Origin: Octopus bimaculoides
Taxonomy: Eukaryota
Reading direction: 5' to 3'
DNA length: 64,000 nt
Assembly: GCF_001194135.2 (NCBI RefSeq)
Contig: NC_069000.1
Coordinates: 28,287,823-28,351,822 of the forward strand
The notes beneath the pieces were generated by a model. That model saw nothing but the letters and a program-made list of their open reading frames with translations. It was not told where the DNA came from and did no database searches. The stretch's first letter is position 1. Every line of letters starts with the position of its first letter. Positions 12,861 to 25,869 of this stretch are shown here, one piece after another. Both the position numbers and the translations under genes were made by a program.

Positions 12861-13186
12861 AAATAAATGAGAGACGAAAAATATTAATTAAAATTACCTT
12901 TCATTGTCACCATTATGATGTAAGACACAGCTTCTTCAAGTTATTATATACAGATTATTTGCCACTGTTATCCATTCTGTAAGTAGTTAAGTTCATCTTT
13001 TGTTGACTTCTAGAAGACTGAGGGAGAAAGAGCAAAAGAATCTGCCTATCAGTGTGACCAGTAGAGAGGTTGAAAGTTGTGTAGTTGTGCTGAGACAAAC
13101 CATACATGAAGTGCTCCATTTGGCTGGGGCCAAGTGAAATAGGTAGAGCCAAATTTGGGTTCCGTATTTATATTTTCTCCTAACTA

Positions 13187-13492
13187 AATTAATTTCTTTG
13201 TAAAGGGAAATAAATTCACAGAAGTAATGTTATTACTAAAAAGAAGCTGACTCAATTTGAAGTGACTTTCATTTTAGTCAGTCTTAATGATGGCATTACT
13301 TTAAATAAATAACAATTTCTAATGAATGAATGAATAAAGATAATATTAAAGTGAATGAAAATAACATCTTTTTATGAACCACTGTTAATTGGTCAATAAC
13401 AAATTGGTTGAAATTGTTTTCTATTAAAACGCAGTTTTTTCTTTTAGAGTACTACTTAGAATTTTTCTTAAATATAGACATATATGTACACT

Positions 13493-13529
<37 letters not shown>

Positions 13530-14728
13530 ATGTGTGTGTGTGTGCGTGCGTGTGTGTGCGCATGCAAGCATGTGCGCATGCGAGCATGCGTGTGTGACAT
13601 TGTAGTTGTGTCCAGTGCTGGTGACATGTGAAAGGCATTTGTGCTGGGGACATGAAAAAGGCACCCATGCTGGTGCCACATGAAAGACACCAGTACACTC
13701 TGCAAAGTGGTTGGCATTAGGTCAAACCATCTTACTCATGCTAGCATGGAATACAGATACTAAGTGATAATGATGATGGTGATGATGATGATGATGACGA
13801 TGACGATGACAATATATAACAAGTACAATGGTATTATTAAATCTGAGTTGGATCATAAGTCAGCATTCCTGTGAGTACAGCTTAACAGAATGTGCAGAAG
13901 TGAAACCATTCATACAGACTGAAATTCCAGGTATAATGAATTTTTTCCTTGAAGGTCATAGAGAAAGTCATAGTCAAAGAGATCCAATTTGGATATGAGA
14001 TGCAATTTGGTTTTGTCCCCAGCAGAAACTCCAGAGACACAATCTTTCTAGTGAGGTAAGTAACAGCACAAGAAATACTTGGTTAAGAATAAATCTCTAT
14101 TCCTGGCTTCTGTTGATTTGGAGAAAGCATTTGACAGTGTACCACAATCAGTAATTATGGCTTATGAGGAAACTCAGTATAGATAAATGGGAAACAAATA
14201 ACATGCTAGATTCTTAGCCAAGATTCAAAACCTAGCCAAGATTTTTCTATTGGTTCCTTTTGTTCTCAGCTTTTGCTCCAGGAAATTTCAAACTTATCCT
14301 TCATCCTAGCAAGTTATTTGTTTCCCATTTATCTATACTGAGTTTCCTCATAAACCATAATTACTGAGTATGGTACCCTGTCAAATGCTTTCTCCAAATC
14401 AACAGAAGCCAGGAATAGAGATTTATTCTTAACCAAGTATTTCTTGTGCTGTTACCTCACTAGAAAGATTGTGTTTCTGGAGTTTCTGCTGGGGACAAAA
14501 CCAAATTGCATCTCATATAGGTCTACTCTTTCATGGATCTCTTTGACTATGACTTTCTCTATGACCTTCATGAAAAAAATTCATTATACCTGGAATTTCA
14601 GTCTGTATGAATGGTTTCACTTCTGCACATTCTGTTAAGCTGTACTCACAGGAATGCTGACTTATGATCCAACTCAGATTTAATAATACCATTGTACTTG
14701 TTATATATTGTCATCGTCGTCGTTGTCG

Positions 14729-14765
<37 letters not shown>

Positions 14766-15252
14766 TTAGCGTCTGTTTTCCATGCTAGCATGAGTAAGAC
14801 GGTTTGACCTTAGGCCAACCACTCTGCAGAATCTATTGGTGTCTTTCATGTGACACCAGCATGGGTACCTTATTTGTGTCACGGGCACTGGACACGACTA
14901 CAATGTCACACGCCCCCCACCCACACGAGTGTGCATATATGTGTATACTTACGAAAAATTCTAAGTAGTACTCTAAAAGGAAAAAAAACTGTGTTTTAAT
15001 AGAAAACAATTTCAACCTATTAGTTATTAACCAATTAACAGCGGTTCATAAAAAGACATTATTTTTGTTCACTTTAATATTATCTTTACCCATTCTTTGA
15101 TTCATTCATTCATTAGAAATTGTTATTTATTTATTTAAAGTGATGCCATCATTAAGACTGACTAAAATGAAAGTCACTTCAAATTGAGTCAGCTTCTTTT
15201 TAGTAATAACATTACTTCCGTGAATTTGTTTCCCTTTACAAATAAATGAATT
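13187..15252. repeat. ~1-kb-arm inverted duplication with a 96-bp spacer
   Basis: 13187-14209 is the reverse complement of 14306-15252 (e.g. ggagaaagcatttgacag / ctgtcaaatgctttctcc; tttgtaaaggga / tccctttacaaa). Both arms contain the same AT-rich segment, RTE GAT tail and RTE RT fragment (QFGFVPSRNSRDTIFLV). Confidence 0.92.
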
Positions 15253-16029
15253 CAGAACCAACTCATTTGAATTTCCATCAAGTCCTCTTTCTTTCTCTCT
15301 ATGTTTTAAAACGATCTTTATTCATATGATGACGAAAAAGTGAGAGCTGATGGTAAATTTTTTAAAAAATCTGTAATATGTATTAGTGATACATATATCA
15401 CTTTTGAGCACCCGTAGTAGTCGAATGGCTAAATCTAACAACTATTGTTACGTTCCTGTTGTTAATGGAGGAAAGAGGTTCAGTTGTTGAGAGCTGAACA
15501 CTATGAGATAGTTAATAACCTCTTAGGATGGACAATATTTAAATACTGATATTGCAAGGTAAAATATTATTCTCTGTTCTTTCCCATTTCTTTCAGTATG
15601 TCATTAAATAACCCAAATCGAAATTTCGTATTCACTAAACATGGTCTGTTTGTGTCTCTTTCATTTTTGACGTTTGATATAATTTTTCTTCTCATTAACA
15701 ATTCTTTCAAGTTCTTGTAAAATTATAAAGTTAATAACTCACTTTCGTCGATTTTCTAATGTACAAGTTATAAATGTATCTACACAATCATTATTTTCAT
15801 TTTGGTATATTAGTTCTTCAAGAGGCACAGTACTTATGTTAGTAAATTTTTCAAGCAATGATATTTAATTTTTATGTGGTCTTTTGGAGACTTGGATACT
15901 ACAGAAATATATTTATACAAATTAATTGATTTTAAAACTATAATTCGACAGATAGAGACGTCATCTAGCTTTTATAAAATGTTTAGGTTATTTTTTTTTA
16001 CCACTGTAAAACACTCAGTTTTGGTTGGT

Positions 16030-16033
<4 letters not shown>

Positions 16034-16106
<73 letters not shown>
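16034..16106. repeat. (TA)n microsatellite
   Basis: Uninterrupted TA run. Many other TA/CA/TATG tracts occur, e.g. 8108-8270, 13495-13595, 29855-29898, 34140-34325, 42015-42230, 53716-53762, 57985-58225. Confidence 0.95.
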
Positions 16107-16110
<4 letters not shown>

Positions 16111-16353
16111 TCACTATAATTCGGATAATATATATATATATAGTAACAAACTAAGGAAAGGAATTCCTTCAAAGAGGTGAGTAAAACATCCAATTCATTA
16201 GTACGTCAGTTGAATATCATATAAATATTGGTGTAATGCAAATTACAAACAATAAATTAAATAGAAGATCCAATTGACAATCCAATAATTTATTTATATT
16301 ATAATATGCTATGAATATAAGATAACATTAAAAAAATCATAAAAAATCAAAAT

Positions 16354-16423
16354 AGCCAATAATTTGTTTCGACTATGATTTACAAACAATACATATCCAC
16401 CTATAATAAGTCTCTTCAGAGCT
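16354..16423 (-). ncRNA. Degenerate type I hammerhead-like motif
   Basis: Minus strand: agct CTGAAGA gact [loop] agtc GAAA c aaatt a t t ggct. Stem III has a C-A mismatch. Confidence 0.5.
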
Positions 16424-19259
16424 TTGGTTTATAGACAGACGAGATTCTGTGTGAAAGGACGGCTGGATTGTAAAAAAAAGTAATTCAAATGCCTATGTAT
16501 TATGAGCGTGAGAGTTAACTTTTCAACTACATAACGGTTACATTTTAAAAAACTACAAAGTTATAACGGATAAGATAATCAAATAGAATCTACGACTATC
16601 GAAATATATTTCTATATATCTCAAATATTATTTATCCAAATTTGTTTAGGTCGAAGACCGTCTTTCTCTATTATAATATCATACAACAATATATAGGTAT
16701 ATAAATTAAGTATCACTGTCTTACTTAATCTAGAGGCTTTAATAAAACGTGTAAATAAATATAAGTGATAAGATACTATTGGTAATATATGTAATATATC
16801 TTCTCTTTTATATATAGGTGGATATGTAAAAATTGTTTAAGGTAACTAACAAAAAAATGTTCTTTATTTATTTAGTGTATCGGAAGGAGAATTCCGTAAT
16901 AAATGCAAAGAGAAACCTAACGAAAATGTTCTTTATTTACTTAATTTATCGGAGGGAGAATTCCGTAATAAATATATAGAGATATATACATACATACATA
17001 CATACGCACACACACACACACACATGATTATCGGTAAGTTTAGAAGTCAGGAAAAAAAGCTCATTCTGAAAGACGATTTGAGTGGTTATGCTATTATATT
17101 GTATGTGAGTAGTATATTCCTGGTTTTATACATGTGTGCGCGCCTGTCTCTCCGTCTACATTCTCTATCTATCTATCTATCTGTCTGTGTACATATGCGA
17201 TCTTAATATATTTTATGCAATTTTTTTAAATTCTAAATCATTTGTGTTTCTGTGCAAAAATACGAAGTGATCACCATACACCTGCGTTAAACTGGATTAT
17301 TTCCTCGTAGGTAAAGGCTTTGTTCGCTTGGTCAACCAAACACATCTCTAAGTTTGAAACATTCTAAATTATTTCAGACCCATTGATGAGTTCGATCGAC
17401 GGTAATCAATTGTACGAAACCTTTCGGTGTGAAGAAATAATCTTATTTAATAAAACACACACGCATATATGTAATCGTATTTAAACATATAACAATGGAA
17501 AGATTAGGAATAAACGCTTGGGGTAAACAAGAATTTGTAGATGGTAAAAAGGTTTCTTGATATATGCTCATTTCTTAAAAGTGAGATAATGGTGGAAAGT
17601 AACACTTCACTGCACTTCACCTCAGTTAGCTGCAGCCTTTCTTTCGAATCCTACAATTTATCGATTTTATAGCAGATTAACCCATCCCATCATCGGCAAA
17701 CAGAAATAGTCATCTCGCACATTCACATCCAAGCATATCGTCCTCACACACACACACACACACACACATTTGTGTGTTTAGTATATATATATATGCATAT
17801 TGTGTGTATGTTATATGCGTGTGTACATCGATACGTCGACTCGCTAGAAAGAGCAGTTAAATCTCCATCAAATGATACATCTTACTACCATGAAAAATAT
17901 GGAACGAAGGACAATGTAGGTTTGGATACACGAAAAGGAATGGTGAAAGCTGGAACGTCTTTGATCATACGTCGATCAGGGATGACTTAGGGCGAGGAAG
18001 GGGGTTGGGTTAACTAGCAACAACAATCTGATGACAGTCGTACGTTAGTCTCTGTGTAGTCGCTCGTGCTGCTACAAATAGCAGCTTAATTTCTTTTAAA
18101 TCACATTCAATAATCTTAAATAAGTAAAACAATATTAAATAATGCAGCCCTACACACCCTTCAAAAGATAAAATGTTAATTATGATTGGAAGCCTTGAGT
18201 CATAGGGTCTGTTCAATTAAGTTTGAGTTGAAGCGAAAGCACCAGAGGAAGAGACTTTATGTGATTGCTTGACCAGCTAGAAACAATGACTAAATCTTCC
18301 TCAAATTGTACCCTACCTTCTAAAATAGCAAATAACATAGCGGCACACTCCAAGAAAGACGTGTCAGCCACGGCCTTTAATCATATATCTACTCTATCTG
18401 GAGGTTTACGTGATACTGAAACAATTACACCAAAACAGGCTGACATAAAATCAGGATTTTTTGACAGACGAAAGAATGTCTGTTCAAGAAAAACTAAAAA
18501 AAAAACAAAACAGCAACTCGGAATGACATTCCAAACGAAATCCTGTCCTTACATTTGATTCTATTATTATTTTTGAAGATGATATAATTTATAGAAATAG
18601 ATGTTTATTTGTTTCTTCATTCATTGAGAAAGTTAACAAGATGTTTGTTTGCTTCGTGCTTTCGTTTTTTGTTATCCGGTTTCGTTTGTCATCTTTTTCG
18701 ATGATAAATAAAAGCTAACAACGAAGGAATATCTCTTAAAAAGTTATTCGTTTTCTTAGAAATAGCCACCAAGTCTCCCATTTCTAATCACATATTACAC
18801 ACTATACAAAGAAATACAAACAACACTGGTAATCTAATTAAAGATATACAATATAAGATATACAATTAGAGGGTAGAGATTGGAACGCCTCTGATTAATG
18901 GTCTACTCCATTAATACTGAACTAGTACTAGAAACAAATAATTTTTGTCTGTTTTGATGTAGTACTTTATTGATGGTAGTATCATTCATTCAGTGGCGAA
19001 GTTTCAGAATAGCCCTTAATGTAAGTTGGGTTTTCTCCGTTCATTAAAAAATTAAAAAATTTGTTTTTGCACCACGCACTTTGAAACGACGAGGGAAGCC
19101 TTTTTTAAAGTAAAAATAAATAAAAAAAATTGATAATCCATGATCTTTGAACGCCTACCTCGCCTCCATGGTGCCTCCACGACAGACTTTTCCAGTCCTT
19201 TTCTTTATTGTTTTCACGACGCACTTCCAAACGATGGCGAAAAGCATTAACAAAAAAGG

Positions 19260-19880
19260 GAATTTATGAAAATCTATAGTCCATGAGAATTAAGTCAGGC
19301 TTCTTTGGAGGCCATAAGTTTGGTGATATATAATCATAAGGGTTCTCTGATATTCATTTTTGGGCTACCTGGGCTTTGTGAAAAGGTGCTGGGTCTTGTT
19401 GAAATACTTATGATGTTCTGCTGTGTATTTCATCCACCCTGGACTTAATAACTCTCTCCAGCACCTCAACATATCCAGTAGCATTAATTGTAAGACTCTG
19501 TGGAAAGATACAAGGCAGCATAACATGACCTTCATTACTCATCACTCCTACAACAATTACAGTTACTGGAAGCAAAGTATCACTCTGGATACATCAGAAG
19601 AATGTGTTCATCATCATCTGGTTAGACATTTGGTCTTGATTAAATTTTTTCTCATTGGAGAACCAAAGAATACCATGTTCATGAGGGTTTCTAACCTTGC
19701 TAAGTAACCGCTTGGCATGGATGAAATGGTTTTCCGTATCTTTGCAAATATAAATGGGTCCCTCCTCAATACATACTACTTATATTGAATGTTTTCATGA
19801 ATCACAATTCTGCTAGTCAACTACAACAATGATGGTCTTCATTGATTTTCTGGGATTATTATTGTTTGGAACCAGCTGAT
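19260..19880 (-). mobile_element. Tc1/mariner transposase pseudogene, DD37D (maT-like)
   Basis: FFSNEKKFNQD..VGVMSNEGHVMLPCIFPQSLTINATGYVEVLE..VFQQDPAPFHKAQVAQK*ISENPYDYISPNLWPPKKPDLILMDY; I count 37 residues between the second and third catalytic Asp. Confidence 0.85.
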
Positions 19881-19934
19881 TGATAGTTTGTTTGTTTGTT
19901 TGTATGTATGTATGTATGTATGTATGTATGTATG

Positions 19935-20120
19935 TATCATCCATCAATCATTATCATTCAAATCCGTCTTCCATGCTGGCATGGGTTGGATGGTTTGACA
20001 AGAGCTGGCAAGCCAGAGGGCTGAGCCAAGCTCTATTGTCTGTTTTTGGCATGGGCCTTTCCTACCATGAACCACTTCACAGAGTACTGGGAGTTTTGTT
20101 ATGGCACCAGTACTGGCAGA
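19935..20120 (-). mobile_element. RTE-type 3' tail / SINE-like end
   Basis: Minus strand ...caaaccatccaacccatgccagcatggaagacggatttgaatgataatgattgatgg, homologous to 4690-4820. Confidence 0.7.
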
Positions 20121-20121
20121 G

Positions 20122-20694
20122 TCACTCTCCAAGTTTTCCAGCTATGCCAAGATCACGCAGTTTGTGGCATATCATACCATGATCCACTTTGTCAAAAGCT
20201 TTTGCAAAATCAAGGTATATTATGTCCACATTTGAGTTGTTGAGTAACTGTCTCAACACCCAGTCATATTGTTGTAATAGCTGGGCCAGGCAGCTCCTAC
20301 ATGGTCGAAAGCCATGCTGGGTATCACTCAGCAAATTATTTTCTTCAAGGAATGCAATTACTTTCCCTCCGACTATCCTTTCCATGACTTTGCTGATGTG
20401 TGAAGTCAGAGAGATATGCCTATAGTTTTTGGCATCTGCTCTGCTCCCCCCTTTATAGATTGGGCATATTATTTCCTCCTTCAGCTTGCTTGGCAATCTG
20501 CCATTTGCAAGAAAGCTCTGGAAGAGAATCTGGAGGGGTTTTGCCAGGGCACGCTTACACAATTTGAGGAGGATTGCTGGGAAACCATCAGGACCATCAG
20601 TTGAGTTTGCGTCTACCTTCGCTAATATTGATGTATTCCATTGTAACTGCCTCACTGGTAATAGGTGAGGTGGCAAAGAAGTCCACTGGTTCAT
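20122..20694 (-). mobile_element. CR1-like LINE RT fragment
   Basis: GPDGFPAILLKLCKRALAKPL..PIYKGGSRADAKNYRHISLTSHISKVMERIV..QHGFRPCRSC..YLDFAKAFDKVDH. Near-identical to 48850-49450 apart from a ~24-bp deletion. Confidence 0.9.
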
Positions 20695-21814
20695 TCACTT
20701 GTCTGTGTTCCAACAGGGTGGAATATATATTTATATATATGTAATATATATATATACATGTTTATGTATATCTATCTATATATATATATGTATATCTATC
20801 TATCTATCTATCTATCTATCTANNNNNNNNNNNNNNNNNNNNNNNNNNNNNNNNNNNNNNNNNNNNNNNNNNNNNNNNNNNNNNNNNNNNNNNNNNNNNN
20901 NNNNNNNNNNNNNNNNNNNNNNTTTTTTTTTTTTTTTTCACAATATGTGGAAAAATGAGTTTTAAGTATTCTATCCAATACCTCTACTTGCTGACCTCTA
21001 TTTTAACTGCTGGCACTCAAATTTTTTTTTGTTTATCTAGTACTTAACATCTATATCAGCCACATCTCTTTATAGACACAACTTATTTTTGTTCCAGTCC
21101 TTGTATGAATCATTACCTTTTCTTATCCTGTTAAGCTCAAATTCACTTTCAAAACCACATTGGATATTCTGCAGATTATATTTAATTTGGTTTCAATAAT
21201 TTCAACTGAAAATTCTTAGTTTTTGCCTGAGTATGTTCGAGCTTTCTTGTAAAATGTCTGTCTCAAGCCTACAGATTCATTAGACTGAAGTTCTGCTGGT
21301 TTCCAAAGTGTTGAAGTAACTGAGAGTATAAAACCTCTCACTGAACAGGACACAAGGCCATTGCAGGATTAACCTCTGTTGCACTTCTTTTCAGTTCAGT
21401 AGACTGGACCAACATGAAATAAAGTGCCTGTCTCAAAGGACACAAATGCACCATTCAGTTTGGAAATTGAATTCGTAACATTATAATTATTTTACTTAAT
21501 TTTACAGCAGATCTCAACTTCTCCCCACCATCTTTGTTCCATGTTTGAAATCTGTGCTATTACTTAGTAATGTGTGTGTGTGTAGCCAAGTCGATATGTT
21601 AACAAAAGAACATTGAAGGGGATCAGTAGTTTAAATCATGACATCAGCATTGCATTGTATTCATGACCAAAATAGATAGTAATCAGGTAGACAAAGGGGT
21701 GATTGTAGTAAGTGGTATCTTAACCATGAGAATTGCTAAGATCAATTCCTTTGATGAGAAAAGCAGTCTCTGATAAAGCAGCATCTATCATATCTTGGAG
21801 CATATTTTTCTCTT

Positions 21815-23290
21815 CTCTTATTGTCATCATCGTCATAATTTTATATCTACTTTTACTCTAGCATAGTGTCCTGCCATTTCTATTTGTTACAATCCTTTAT
21901 CTCCTTTGTGACTTTCAACTTCTTGAGATTGGATTTCATCACTTCTTTCTATGACTTAGTTCCTCTTCTTCTTTCCCATGTTTCTTCCACTTGGATTGCT
22001 TGGCACTTATGTATTCAACAGTCATCCTCCAAACACATAAATCACTAGTACAGTCTTCTCTCTACAGCCTTTCTCTTAGTTCATTTGGACAATGTTGCTC
22101 ATGCATACATAGATTACATATCGAGTGGTGTATACTTGCTTCTTTTCTTTCCAGCCTTCACACATCCTCAGCATTCAATGTCCATGTCTTATCATGCAGC
22201 CTCACACTTTGTACACAAACATCATACAGTCTGCCCTTCACTCAGAGAGAGAATCCTCTTACACATAGCGGTAATAGTTCTCTGAGCTTTTTCTATCCCA
22301 TTCTCTGGCTTCCAAGCTTTTGAAGTATCTACCTCCAATGCTAATTTTGTCACCTAGGCAATAGAAGCTATTAACTATTACTAGGTTTCCTGTAAGTATT
22401 TGAAAAAATTTATTTCTTACAGTTAATTACTCCTGTACGTCTCTTACAAGTTTCTTTCTTCTCTGTCAGGCTACCTATGATTCCTCTGCACCTCTTCATC
22501 TGCAGTTTATACTTAGTATACAATACTGATCCTACCTGTTGGTCATAGTCATCTTTGTGGCTATAGAATCTTTAAATTCTACTTTCATGTCTGGAATTTT
22601 CTCTGATTCTTTGGCATATTCAACTATGAAAACTAGATCATCAGCTCCAGGGGTTCACACAGGCAGCAAGTCATAAACTTCTCTGTTATGACCTTAATAC
22701 CTATAATAATCAGGAGGGGCTGAGAACTAAACTATGTGCTTGGTTTACATGGCATTCCTAAGCTTCATTGCATGACATTCCTATGCCTGATTGATTTTAG
22801 TGACCACCAGCTACAGAACATGGTACCTTGACAGAGTCCTTCAGGTCAATGAATGCTAGTTGGTACTTTTTTAGCTCTTGTAGCTGTATCATCAGGAAGG
22901 TGACATTAACGGTAGCCCAGCTCGACATAAGACAACAACAGCATCTTGTCTTAAATAACTCTCTTCATAACAGTTATTCCATAACTCTTTGTTACTGTCT
23001 TGATTCATCAATTGCATGCCACTGAAGTTCTTTTCTGAAGTAGTTGATATCGCTGTGTCATTGGCTATGACACTTTTCTGTACAACTGATTGACTATGCA
23101 AGTCATTAATGCTTAGTATTTCACCTCATATTTTCAGCATCTCAGCAACTAACCCTGATGGTACAGCTGCTTTCCCTGTCTTCATGTTCGTAATTGCACA
23201 GTCTTTCATATAGCTGTCAACTTCATTAGCTGGTCTTTTTGCTGGGTTTACTTAGAGTAGACTTCTCCCACATATTCTCCTCATTCAGCG
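21815..23290 (-). mobile_element. Old RTE LINE fragment
   Basis: The minus strand matches the 3540-3900 RTE region (ctctctctgagtgaagggcagactgtatgatgtttgtgtac...), with an LYADDLV-like segment near 22640. Confidence 0.72.
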
Positions 23291-23566
23291 ACCTCTTGTA
23301 ATGTCATTTTCATGTCTTTTTTTATTGATATTAATGTGATGTAACAGCACTGCTAAACAGTAGACCACAGTATTGACTTATAAAAACGTTTAATAAACTT
23401 TGTCGGATATTATGGTTGTGTAATAAAATACAGTGTCCCTACAGGTCATTAATATTTATATACCGGCTTCCAGGAATGTGTTTAATATGTAAAATTGGTA
23501 TATTCAATAACATCATATTCAGTGGCTATTTAAGCAATGAATTTGTGGCTGATTAATGAGTTAGAT

Positions 23567-23612
23567 GGGTGCTGATGAAGGAGCAAAAACTCCTGAAATA
23601 TGGATACGAAAC
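23567..23612 (+). ncRNA. Hammerhead-like core with weak stem I
   Basis: gggtg CTGATGA aggag caaaaa ctcct GAAA t atgg a t a cgaaac. Stem II is a perfect 5 bp; stem I has only 2 bp. Confidence 0.4.
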
Positions 23613-24359
23613 ATAAAAAGAATCAGTGCTGGTTATAATTTCTATAGAAAATCTGTAGAGATAACCTAAACAAGTTCATCTGGTTTGTGTATTCAACTGA
23701 TCAGTTGGTGGCCAATTTTCTAAAGTGTTGCAAAATGTTAGCTCATTTACATCACAAGACTCCAAGAACCTAGGATTGAATTTTGTCACTTATTCATAGC
23801 TTAGAGGTTTAAGTTGTTGCTTTGTCCTAAGTCACTCCTGATTGGGCTGACCTATGATTAAAAGCATTCAAGCTCTCATCCTCCCTTTTTTTTCTTTGCA
23901 GGAAATAATGTACTTTATATCACATTGTTTAATGTGAAGATTTTTTAATATGGTAGGTTTGAGGAAAATTTGCTATTTATAGCATGTTAAGTGACCATAT
24001 AGAAGTTCTCTGTTTGGTTTGTAACCATAAAGAGATTCATTCCTTCTTTGGTTCAAGTAACCATATAGGTAATTTCCTCATTGCCTTCAGGTACCCCAAA
24101 CCCTCAAGTGAATCTGAAGGAATATGGAAGCTGAAAGATCACTTGGATAGACATAGCTTTAAAGAAATATTGGCTTGATGTAAGTAGGTTACATTAGAGG
24201 TAAGTAGTAACAGAACTGTGATATTGATGAAAAGGTTAATTGTTTGCAGTGCTTAACTCAGTTCCTCCGATGACAAAAAGCACTTGTAACAGATCAGTAT
24301 CCATAAAAGCTAGTGGGAGATTTTCTTTCATTCTTATTTCATTTGTACAGGCATAATCA

Positions 24360-24660
24360 TGTAGTTAAATTTCTTTCACAGCTATATGGGTGTGGGTTTG
24401 ATCCCATTGTGTGGTACTTTAGGTAAGTGTCTTCTACAATAACTTAGGTTGACCAATGTTTTGTGAATGCAATTTAAGATTGAAACTTTAGAAGCTCTAC
24501 AAGGATATAATTCAAGAGGCAAACTCAACCATTTGATAAATGGAAATTGATAAAATGAGTACCCTACTAAGTACTGACGTCAATATAATCTACTAAAACC
24601 CTTGAAGGTGATGCCCTAGCATGTGCAAAGTCAATTGATGGAAATTTAAAGAATAAGAGA
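24360..24660 (+). mobile_element. Degenerate tRNA-derived SINE
   Basis: A-box-like gtagttaa, B-box-like gggtttgatccc, central taggtaagtgtcttctac, and a 3' gaaggtgatgccctagcatg segment related to the 5340-5545 family. Confidence 0.55.
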
Positions 24661-25869
24661 ATTAGTTGCCTAGATTTTGCAAAAAATGTCTTAAATGTGT
24701 CACTGAAAGTACCTGAACTGTTGTAACAAAACTGTGCTGTTGAGTATATTGTTGGTTTGCTATGCTGAGTTCACTTTTACCAATAAACCTCAAAAGTTTA
24801 CTTTATTTTGATTCTGGTTTTAACACATCTCTGTTATAAAACAAGCTCTCATCAGTCATTTTTTCCCCTTAATCCTAGGTTTCTAAATGGCTATCCAGAT
24901 TATGGCACATAAAGGCACCATGCAATAGTACAATTTTATGCAGTTAATTCATCAGAAATATAGCTTTGTTGTTGTTTAACTCTCAATGAACAGGCCTTTC
25001 ATTAAACACATTTCGACTATCATAGCCCCCATAGTTCATTCAGACATAGTATATTTAGGACTACCCTATCCAACATGGCTTTTTTTTTTAAGGTTTAGGA
25101 TTGATTTAAAGGAGATTTAACTACTGTTTCTAGCAGGTCAAGTAATTGCCTAAGTGCTCCCTTGTGACTTAAAAAAGAGGTCATTTATTGTGTTTTGGAT
25201 TGCCTGTTCCTCCTCTAGAGAAGATAAACCTATACTTGTCATATACTTGAGATGATGCAATTGAAAATACTTCTCCACTTATCTACAAAGTTGTCACATG
25301 AATTATGGATAAAATTCATGTTATACAAACGTTGTACATTGTCTCAATCCATCTAGTTAAATGCATTTGGGAAAGCTAGCTGTGGTAGTCTGGTGTCCAA
25401 GCTCTCTTTAGCTTTACATTGTAAAACAAATGCCAATCTTTATTTTAATAATGTATTTCTGTGAAATCTATCTATGATATTCTCTCTTTTCTTTTTATGG
25501 TTCTACAGTTGTACTCTGTATTATCTCCATCATTAAAATAGTTATCATAGCTGTTGACAAAAATGGTAAAATTAAGATATGTTTTATCTTACTGCAACAA
25601 TTTTCTTAATTCAAATATTGTGAGAAATCAATTTGCCTTTGATTTCTCTTTCTGTTTTTCTTTTACACCCCCTCTCTCCAAAAGGCATAAAAATGTTGTA
25701 GAAAACTATAGTGGAGTCAATGTTGCCATTCATCCCCATGGGATTAATAAGTGCCAGTCATGGCACTTGGATCAATTAAGAAATCATCTGTACTTGCCTA
25801 CAGAACTTTTGGTTTTGAATTTAAAATTGTGGATAGCAGAATTGGCATACCAGGCATAGTTAGTTAGTT

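Noticed and set aside
16853-16975. Twice-repeated tatcggaaggagaattccgtaataaat small hairpin
   Set aside because: A simple ~70-bp tandem duplication with no recognisable RNA family.
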